Assembly: GCA_012295275.1 (NCBI GenBank)
Contig: CM022669.1
Span: 1,674,001-1,738,000 of the forward strand
Direction: 5' to 3'
DNA: 64,000 nucleotides
Origin: Chrysomallon squamiferum
Taxonomy: Eukaryota; Animalia; Mollusca
Position 1 is the stretch's first letter; each line of letters starts with the position of its first letter. Positions 53,105 through 64,000 of this stretch are shown piece after piece. The position numbers and the translations under genes are program-made. The notes below the pieces were generated by a model that worked only from the letters and a program-made list of their open reading frames with translations, searched no databases and was not told the DNA's origin.

Positions 53105-55039
53105 CTAAAAATAAACAGACATTCTATAATGCACTATTCATATTTAAATAATTAATCCATCAACTGTCTAATCTTTAAATTAGTGTAATCTAGATTTAAA
53201 TATAATATTGCTAAACAAAACATTTATTTATTTATTTATCTACATTAATATATTTATAAACAATGATATTACTCATATCTTTTAAAAGCAATTCTTTCTC
53301 TCTCTCAATATCAGCAAACAAACAGTTCTGCATGTTCAATAAATTACTTTATCTAGACATTTGGTTATATATAAATTGCTAATATTTTTCTGAATTATTC
53401 ATGTGTTTTACTATTAATTAATATGCATTTGAGTGATGATGACATGTATGCATCTCAGCCAAGTGACTCAATGGTTAAGTGATGATAAAGATTATGTTTT
53501 TGCTGATTACTGCATTCTGATTAGGTTCTAGAGCTGACAGGACAGTCTGATAGATGAACTTTTGTGGAAAATGAGATACTGTTATGACATCATTTTCTCC
53601 AAAATTGCATTTATGCAGTAATGTTTAGAGTTTATTATTCTGTTATCTTTTGTTATTGTGAATCACATAATTTTCAAACTATTTCTGCCTTTCATCATTT
53701 TCTACTTTTTGCCTTCATGTTTCAGAAATATTTTGTAAATTACCATGCTGAAATTCACTTCACAATTCTGCAAAAAAATTTCAAAGTGATTTTGGAATTC
53801 TAATTATAAAAATTTGTTTAGTTCTAAAAGGTGGACCTTTTGCTGGAAGAGTCATAATAATTTCCATGACTTCGAGTCAATCATACAATGTTTGGTCCAG
53901 ATACTATCAAGATCATGTAGATGCACCTTTACCGTAATTAACCTATTTAAAATATACTAATCTGTGAAAACAAAACAGTCATTATCATCTGGCTAAGAGG
54001 CACAAGTTTAGTGATCCAAACCCAAGTAAAAGCTACCTGGTACAGTGAGTGGCTGAGTCACTCAGTCATTGTCAAACCTGGCCCATGTGTTAATGCCAGT
54101 ACTACTACTAATAATAATAACAATAAAAAGAGTAACAGTAAAAATAAAAACAACAACAGCAATAATAATAATGATAATGATGATAGTTATAGTAATGATG
54201 ATGATGCATTTCTTACTCTTTAAAGATTTTTATATTACTGTAGTCTATAGTATAGAGTAAGAAATGCATCATCATCATTACTATCATCATTATCATTATT
54301 ATTACTGCTGTTGATATACAAATGACTCCTCAATACATTTACTTTATGATCTAAATAGTCAGGGAATTCAAATCAAATTCTTCTCTAGATACCCAGTGGT
54401 TTTAGAAATTAATTCTCAAAAACCCGGATTCTTGAAAAGTTAAAAATGTTTTATTTTATTTTATTTTATTTTATTTATTTTTACAGCTACTACACTTTTC
54501 TCTTAAAAAGATGTTTTCAATCAGTGAAACATTTTTCTTTGGCAGACAATAAGCCTTGCAAATGCCATATTTTCAAACACAGTATTAAAGAAAACATTTG
54601 TGAAATACCATGTTTAAAAACTAATACATTCTGCTGCAGAAATAACAGAAGTTATTAATTTCTTTTTTATTTTCTATTGTTTTGTTTTTCTGGGAGGAAA
54701 CTGGAATTTTATTAAATTGTTTTTCTTAGAATTTGGTTTCATTCTACAAATGTATGTGAAGTATCTAATTTATATTTTTATTTTTTACATTTATTATTTT
54801 CAATTTTTCAGTTCTTATTTTATATATGGAATAAATAAAGCTAGTTAAAAAAAGATAAAATTGATAAACATTTAACTGAAATATTATAAATAACATATAA
54901 AATGTAATACTATAATAATAGAAATTAAATGTTTTACAAATGATTCCAAAATACAATGTCATGAACTCAATCTAATTGCCATATCACATGACATAGATGT
55001 TGTTGAGTCAACTTAATATGAAAGCATTCTGTCTTTTAG

Positions 55040-56627
55040 GCTTTAAATTAGTTAATGATGATCCTTAACGACTAATAATGACTATATTGCGCATCACTGG
55101 CATCAAGTACATTATGTGGATAATGTAACAATTTAATTTTTTAATAGATTATTTGTATTTAATTTGCCTTATTTGACATATTCATTTGTCAAATTTTAAC
55201 AGCATTAGAATTTCATAGTATCTTTGTCAACAATGTGCCCTAAGTAAGAAACAATTTCACACTTGGCCAAATTAATCATAATTCTTGCAGATGTAAGTCT
55301 CTTAAAACAATCTGATATGTATTAGATAACTTTTCTAATTATCACAAATGATCACTACAAAGCATCACTAAATTTCCTTTGGCCTGTCTGGCACTGGTGT
55401 CTACCAGTACCCTTTTTTAAATAAAATTTTGTAACAGATTTGACATTGCCTGTTTATCAATAGTCTGTTCTAGGAATGAAATAAGAATCATATAAGAATA
55501 ATAACAGAATTTATCTTCTTGTAATCAGTCTGTAAGTACCATCTGGATTGGGAATCAGAATATCTGATTTTTGTGATTAAAACCTGACTTAAAACTGTAT
55601 CAAGACTTTTGAAGACATTTGAATTGGAGACATTTACTCCTGTAGGACAGCAGCTATCCATATCACCCTTTTCAAGCAAGTGGACATCTTCATAATCCAC
55701 TTGACATTCCTTCATTACCTCAAAGTGCAGATGCATCATACAACAGACATTCCTGTTGAACATTCAAAATATTGTTTGAACATATTCAAAAGATCCCAGC
55801 CTTTTAGAATTTCTATGATCTAGGATACTCACACAATACAATCAACAAAGAGTTTATTATCAATGTGATATAGTCTACTTAACATAACATTTAATGGTTC
55901 ACCCTGAATGGGTTATAGTATTAAAACTTTATCACCTACTCTAAATTTCTATACATCACTTTTCTGATTACGTTTTCATTTTCACCTGGAAGGCTTTCAA
56001 GTAATTTTTGGCCACCTCCCATATTTTATGAGTTTCAGTTTAAATTCTGAGACATAATCCAAGAGTTTAGTCACCATTTTAAGTAATTCCTAACTCTAAC
56101 AAACATTAGCTCTAACACAGTGAATCAATATATTTATTCATGAATCTCTAGTGGCAAACAAAAGAAATGGAATGTTACAAAATTATCAAGGACAGCATGG
56201 ATGTGCTCTTCCTTAAAGGAATTACATTGGAAATCTGGTTGCTGTACAAATTGTCAAAAAATACTGAAAACCACAGTTAGTCTAAGGCAAAAGTCCAGCA
56301 CAATCAACTAAAACTCTACTAAATTTCATTTCAGTGCAGGTATAGGAACTAGTGAGGAATGTTTATACCGATGGATTTACCTTTCCAACCATCTTATATG
56401 TATGACCAAAAACTGCTGCATAATTTTTTCCTTACTTTAGTTTATACCCTGAATGCCCTGTCACTGGAATCTCATGAGCAATTCTCAATATTTCACTTTA
56501 ATACTAGGAGGCACTAGATTCTGGTATAGTGCAAGCCATTCATATCTGTGGATTTCCTCTTGTTCATCAATACATTACCCTTTATACAGTAACACTCTGG
56601 TACATTTTCAGCTTTATCCTCTGACAA

Positions 56628-56662
<35 letters not shown>

Positions 56663-57010
56663 CACATGATTAAAATCATTGTCATTCAACTGTTGCCTAA
56701 CAAGGGACATATAAAATGTTTCAGATATGTTACCTACATTATCTACTTCTGAAAATACATTACCCCGCAATGTTTCAGAAAGCCATGCCTCTGGGTCATT
56801 TCTTTTGTTAAGCCTTAGGTTTATGAGAATGAGTAGCTACACATGCTGGACAAATTCAAAGAGTATTCCTGTGACCCTTTCATTTCCTGCTTAACAATAG
56901 GTATATGAAAAACAAGGGCATTATTCTTGATAGCAGCATCCAATCAATAGCTAATTCTTAAATTTAAGAGAAAAACCATCTGCCTTTTTACAAAGATCAC
57001 CAAACTTTAG
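55040..57010 (-). mobile_element. Decayed Ty3/gypsy LTR retrotransposon pol, order integrase-RT-RNaseH (Gmr1-like)
   Basis: In transcription order: EILRIAHEIPVTGHSG (integrase Zn region), FSRVLVDCAGLLP...TATRFP (integrase core), LLDYVSEFK...FRVGDK (integrase C-terminal), ILIPNPDGTYR/TDYKKINSV, KFYLKKGYW, KRLTSARIMINLAKCEIVSYLGHIVDKD (RT), then DASD (RNaseH). Confidence 0.85.
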
Positions 57011-59716
57011 GTGACCAGTTCAGCCATATCTCAAGGGTGCTAACTCTGCCACAAAAGACAACAAAAGCCAAACTAGAAATCTCCAGTGTGTTTAATTCTG
57101 CATCAGCACTTTATCTTAGATATCTTATAATCTAATTGCTAATCTCCAAAGGATACAATTTCAGTGCACATCTTCTCAAGGGACATAACTCCAATAATGG
57201 AATGATAACTGAATGAAAAACTATAGTATAATTCCTAATTGCTGAAAATAATACTTTGATGCATGCTCTCTTTCTAGTAAGAAATAATTAGTAAAACTGT
57301 AGCTAGCAGACATCTATTTTTAACAATACACTTATGGAAAGACAGAATATTAGGTAAAAATCACTTTTCTCTCTTGTTTTCTTTTTTTTTGTATCAAACC
57401 ATCTAAAGTGAAATTAATAGAAGAGTTTTCATCATATCCATCATGTAAACTGAAAACCATGCAATTTAAGATAGGAAGACGTACCTGAAATTTTACCAGC
57501 CATTATACAAAACCAACAATTAGGCAAACAGAAAATGGGTAACAATAAGCAAATTAAAAAATCTGAACAGATTGACAATTCCCACAGCAACCCAATGACC
57601 AGACTTTCATATAATGATTACTGAAAGCAAACTTCTGCAACCGATGTTAATCAGTCAAACTTACATACAAGAACCTGCTCCTGGCTGAGTTGCTGTATAA
57701 GTAAGTTAGTAATAATTAATAATAATGATCTTCGAATAATCAAACAAAGATACAATAACCTCTATTTACTCAAAGTTATTTACGGTTTAATAGAAATTAG
57801 CCTTTAAAAACTTGAAGTATTGGAATGGTCAAGCTATTGTTTCCCTTTGTAAATACAGAACAATGGGTTCTTGATTAAGCAGAATGAAATATGCCCACCT
57901 CCATCATGTGTATATTTAAGGAGTATCTTAATATATATAATTGAAGACAGACTTCAAGAAATTTTGTAGTTAAGTGATAAAGTTCACTGACTATGTTTAT
58001 TTTGCTTATAAACAAGTGTATTGTAGCATGCTATTTGCTATTTAAATGTCAGTTAATGTTTACATCTGTATGTGTGTGTGTGTGTGTGTGAACATTCTCA
58101 CAAAATATTAACAAGTTTAACTTTTTTCAATGATGATATTTTTAACTGATGATTTTTAAATGAATATTAATTGTCGTATTTATGGCAGAAATAATATTGA
58201 TCAATTACTAATTTAGTTATAGTGTCTTTCTTTGTAGATTGTTTGTGATTTAAAATAGTTTTGTCATGTTTAAATATTTGTACTGTTATATCTAGTGCTG
58301 TTAAAAGTTAAGAAATCTGAAAACACATTAACTTGATATTTATTTCTGGTTATGGGTTTCAATTTATGTTCTCAGTAATGTATGTACATATATATATATA
58401 TATCATCTGTTTCTGCTGTTTTATATCACAATAAATACATTTCCATATATAATCTAAGAACATAATTTATGTGTTGTATATGCATGTTTATGTCAAATTA
58501 TTGAAATATGACATGTACATTACTACTTCATCAGAACAGCAGTTAATATTTAATAAATGAATACTTGAGCAGCCTGATACTTGAGCATTTTTTTGTTGAC
58601 TTTCCATCTCAACATCAAAGTTTGACTGTATCTATGTATATAGATATGTGTGTGTGTGTATGTGTGTGTGTATGTTTGTGTGTGTGTTTGTGTATGTGTA
58701 TATTATATATATAAAAATTAGAAGAATAAAATTTAAATAAAAATACTCAACAGCCATTTTGCATTTTGTTACTGAGCATTTATTTATGTGCAGTATGGCT
58801 AACAAAAATAAAAACGTGTGTGTGTGTAAGTGAGTATCATTTTACAGCCAGGATAGCAAGCCTCATTACATATTCATTTAATGCAATTTACTTTATAATC
58901 TGATTACAAGTTGAGCCACATCATACAAATAACAAGTGCAAAAGTAACAATGACAGTTCATCAGCCAATTTGCAGGAATTCTGCATCCAAGAATGTCAAA
59001 TTTGATAAACCACATGAACTATGAGAGAATTCATTCAATATCCTTCCTTGTTCACAAAGATTAGAATGCAAGAGAAAATTGATTGGACTAAATCAGATAA
59101 CTCCTCAGCATCCTGTCTAATGTCATGACATATATATTACAGGAAACTTTCCTATTTGATAAAAAGATAAATTCAGAAAAAAACACCAAAAATGTATCTT
59201 GTAAGTTCAGATCACATAAATAAAAAAATAAATAAATAAATAAGAATAATAATAAATAAATAAATAAATAAAAAAATAAAAAATAAAAATTACTATTTCA
59301 AATATTTACATATTAATACTCATGCACAAACAAATTCATATTAATGTTTACACACACACATACGTCCTACCATTCCCTTCTCATATAACTATCAGCTGTT
59401 AAATTTGCCAAAGTAATATATTCTGAACACTTTGTTCAGGTTCTTTTAATTAGTAAGGTCATTCAACATGATTAAAAAAAAGCTAAATAAATTTGTGAAC
59501 AAGGAACAAGGAATATCTTACAAAAGAAAAATACACGTTTTTTACGCTGCCATATTCTGGTATGAATGGCAAAAATCCATGATAATAATGATTAGAAATA
59601 ATAATCCCTCTTTCCTTGTGAGATATGCACACCAGGCCATTTGAATTGTCTTAATGTTTGCAAAGTGCTGATTAATTTTTACATTAGCAATATTTAATTT
59701 TGATTTATTTATTTTG

Positions 59717-59763
<47 letters not shown>

Positions 59764-60119
59764 GCTTAACAAAGGAAGATAGAAGTTATTAACTTTCAAA
59801 TCATGATTAGTTTTATTACTATAATCATAGTCCATAATGAATTTAGAGCTGGAAATAATTTTCTCTGATACTGCAACTTGGGTCGGTGTCAGATATGTGC
59901 TGTAAGATGGTGGACATTGGATCAAAACCAGCTATCTATTTTTAAATAGTCTTAATCAATTATGGTATTAACCAGCTGTGGATATGTGGTATTTTATGAG
60001 ACAAGATAACTCTATCCTTCATGCTAATAACAATTTCACCAAAAAAATAGATGGAAAAAGAAAGAAAGCAAATCAAAAGGAAACAAACAAAAGACAGTAA
60101 TGTTATCTGCTTCTCCAAC

Positions 60120-61000
60120 AAGTGCATCCAAAATATAACTGCAAGTTTTATTTAACTATGTGGAAACTGAGCTTATCAATATCAGCACCACTATCATTTT
60201 TCATATCGCTTGGTGCTACTTCAACATCCTGTAGTGTTATATCAGGTACCTCTTTTTGGTCAGTGTCAATTAAGGTACTTGATTTTCTCTACCCTGCTCG
60301 TTTTAGCAGTTTATCGGTGTGTTATGGCCATGGATGTGGATTCTTCTAGCTTTTTGATGATATAAAAAAAACAAATTCTTATGTGATCTTTTCATGTACT
60401 TTCTAATGTCCTCTTTTGTTCTCTGATTGAAATATTGCATATTTCTGTATACTCTATTCATAGTTCAAATTGGAATTAAGAGAAAAAAATTTTAAATCCT
60501 ATTTGTATGATACTACTATGGGTAGTTTTTTGTTTTTTAGTTTTTTTCAGTTTCATTTTGCTCAAGAAATACGTCTTTAAATATGTCTGGCTTGTTTGAC
60601 AAGATGTAACAAACTTTGTTCTTGAATATTCTATTTGGTTTTTTCCCCATGTCCATTTTCTACATGCCTTCATTTAAAATATGGCATTTGTGATTGTGTA
60701 TTTTCAAACTGTTGCCTTTTTTTTTACCATTATTATTTGGGTTCATTTGTTTTTCTATCTGTGCACTGATGTATTCCATTTAGTGAGCTGGTTTATCTAA
60801 TATCTATTCCAGGTCAATGTAGACACTGTCTTCGTCTTAGTATGTCATACCCTTGGCTTAATGCTATTTACTTTCATTTTTCCATTTCTTGTTTATAAAG
60901 CCTACACCTGCTTGACCATTGTTTACACTGGTATGTTAGATAGTCATTTTCTGAGCATTCTTCTTTTCTCCTGACTACTGTCACCCCAAATCAATCTTTC
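60120..61000 (-). mobile_element. Decayed RTE-like non-LTR retrotransposon fragment
   Basis: ITNAIF*MKACRKWTWGKNQIEY (APE endonuclease end, compare KWTW...KNQIDY), then EVPDITLQDVEVAPSDMKNDSGADIDKL (pre-RT motif). Boundaries are approximate. Confidence 0.75.
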
Positions 61001-63217
61001 AAAAATATTAATGGGCCATGCTAGGTGAAAAATGACAAAATTTGAATAAACAATTTAGTTTCGGATTCAACCATTTAGAAAATTATTATTTTCAGATAAA
61101 TGTTTCTGGTTTTCTGCAGGAGTGCATATACACAGATTACATCTTAACTATAGCCATAATAAGATGAAATATGGTTTATAAAACATCGTTTGTCTGTTTA
61201 ATTACATATCATTTTTCATCCTAACATTTTTTTGAAGATGCTAAATAAAACTATTTGTGATAGAGATTCCATATTTGGAATATATATATTTAAAAATGAG
61301 CATTATAAAGTGACAGAAATTAAATTTTTAAAAACTTTTAACTATTCTTTCTGTGTGATCTTTATATAACTTTTTAGTTGTTTCAAAATATAAATGAAAA
61401 ACATTTTAAAAACAAATTTATTTCTTTGTAAATAAAGACTAATTTCTTTTGTAGAAACAGTTTGAATGACACACACACATACACACGCGCACGCACACAC
61501 ACTGGATTGGATAAGAGATGTTCATGAAATGGGGTATAATATTAAAAAAGCCAAAAATTAAAGTAACCATTTACCATTAAAAAACAAAAACAAAAAAAAA
61601 AGTTTTTTTATGGTAAAGAATTTCTAGTTTTCCCAAAATGGTCCAATATTAAGACATCAGATCCATTATTTTAAATAAAATAAAATAAAATAAAATAAAA
61701 TGAAATAAAATTTATAAATATTTACCAGCCATACAGAATTTTTTTTAATTTTTCACATTTTCAAATTTCAAAAATACAAACCAAAATAAAACCTATACAA
61801 AAAACAGCGAACTTTCAAGTAAAAATTAATAATAACACTGTATGCTCAAAAAGGATGGTTGAAATCAAGAACAAAATCAATAATAGTTATTCCTAAACAA
61901 ATTATTACAGTCAGAATAACTCCAAAAAAGACTGAATAAAAATTTAGCAAAAACAATACTAATCATTACATCAGCCAGGAAGTCCTGTAATATTGGACAA
62001 ACAAGGTCATATTAAAGTAACTGATAAATATGATTGAGAAAAAGCCTAACAGAGCTTTTTTCCTTAGAACTCTCACACTGATACTAGAGATGAACACAAT
62101 TTTCTATGTAATATTGATTTATTTATGTAAAACTGCAACACACCACTTTTGCTACAAATACAGAACAGAAACCACAGCCACACAATTACACCAAAGCAAA
62201 CATAACAGAGTCACAATCTATAATATCCTCCAGCATCCACTGAACATTTTTCTGTTGTACAATTGAAACATGAGATCTGTACTAAAGGTTACTTATGTAT
62301 CAACAAGTTTCAGCAGAGCAGTAAAAGCACAGTATTCACATATACATAATTATACATATTTACAGATAGCTGTAGACTTATGACCATGTTCCATTCTGAC
62401 CAGTTGGTCATTTGTCAATTTGGACACGAGTCAGACATCAATAAATCAATATTGATAGAATCCATATTATTAAGATATTGTATGTAGTTACATTATCTCA
62501 ACCTTTTTTTGAGTAAACCCCTTAATTAGTTTAAATCAAAAACAGTTTCACACTACAATGTGTTTAATACTTGCTACAAAAAAACCCAAATATTTAATGA
62601 TCACTGGCATTAGGAAATATACCAAAAATGTTGCTGTGCTGGGTAGATGGTGAAGTTGTTGCAAACATACTGAACTTAGTCTCGTAAATCTTGCAATAAG
62701 GATTAAAAGCACCAATGTTGGCAGAGTACAAATGATAATATAAGCTGCAGCAATCTGAATGACTTCCATAAACACTTTATAAAAATTAAGTGGCCTTGAT
62801 GCCCCGCCCCAACATTTCTAATGCAAAATTAATTTGTCATGCCTTAAAAAAAATTAAAATTCACATCCTGTATCATATGCAGACCTTTATACTGCAGTGC
62901 TATAAACAGTGGCAGGAAGATATGATGAACAGATACATTTCTAGCTTTTGGGGATAGCACTTTGTTATTTATTTAACACACATACCACATACACACACAC
63001 ACAGTGATGATTCAGTGTTACGTCTTTAGTGTTTTGTTACAGGTTTAAATCTTTGAAGACCATTCTTGAAATGCTTTTTATTTCAAAATAACAAATTAAT
63101 TATTTTGTTTTGATGTATAATATAACAACAAAACCAAAATACGTTAATCTACAGCTTTTGACTGGTAAGATGAGTAATAAAACAGTTTTTATCTTTCTCT
63201 CTGTATTTACACAACAC

Positions 63218-63265
<48 letters not shown>

Positions 63266-64000
63266 ACATCACATACACACAGGAGGTCCTCAACCTATGT
63301 CTTCCTCAACATGCACTGTTTTGACTATAAGGCAGTAATCCCATAAGTAATTTAAAATTTAAAAGATAAATTTTGGCTTGAGCAGCTTGATGTAAAATTT
63401 AAATGTCGCAGGTGAACTTGTTTCTGAGTGTGGCTGAAGAATATGCTTGGGTCTCAGCATACACTCTTTGGGCACATTCTTTGGGTGCTGTATGTTTTGT
63501 TTACATCAGCTCTCTCACTTTTGTGTTTGTATTCTCCCTTTCATTTTCCTATGGCCTGAATTTCAAAAATGTCTTGATATATACATTTGATTTTAGAGTG
63601 TTTTAGGTTAGATAAGTGATTTAGGCTATGGTAATATTCCATTGTGTGTTAAAACTGCCTTACATCGGTCCGTACGAATGGATCCCCGACGTAACTCTAG
63701 AACCCCCTGTATATATACATATGACTTTGCTAAAATAAGTATTGTTTTTTGTTGTTCAGCATGTCATTTTATTTATTATGTGTGTTTGTGTGTGTGTGTG
63801 TGTTATGTGTGTGTGCAACTGAATGTGTGCATATTTTAAGTATTTATGCATATCATTTGTTTAAGTATATTTTTTATGTATGTGTGTGTCTGTATGTTTG
63901 TTTGAATGCATATGTCTGTGTCTGTATCTACCTATATATATATATATGTCAGTTACATACATAGGTCTATGGCGTTATGAAAACTATATATACATATATC

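Noticed and set aside
53105-64000. Search for signal-peptide and early prodomain exons
   Set aside because: No convincing furin prodomain translation with splice sites was found by eye, so they probably lie beyond the window.

Overview
AT-rich, CpG-depleted, microsatellite-rich animal genomic DNA. A mollusc-like invertebrate is my inference, not something the sequence proves. The whole window lies inside one minus-strand gene encoding a furin-like subtilisin/kexin proprotein convertase. Ten constitutive exons can be spliced by eye in one frame (53104 down to 15063). They cover the prodomain end with the RVKR autocleavage site, an S8 catalytic domain with intact D/H/N/S residues, and most of the P-domain. 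I found no signal-peptide or early prodomain exons in 53105-64000 and no full Cys-rich or transmembrane exons, so these probably lie outside the window. The most interesting structure is downstream of the P-domain exon: four candidate phase-1/phase-1 exons (441, 42, 132 and 39 nt). Two of them are paralogous alternatives for the last P-domain strand. One has a candidate GC donor. One encodes an RRKR furin site and creates a TAA stop if joined directly to the P-domain exon. Introns carry decayed Tc1 transposons, a young TIR element, an RTE LINE remnant and a Ty3/gypsy remnant with integrase upstream of RT (Gmr1-like order). Most of the supplied ORFs are low-complexity noise.
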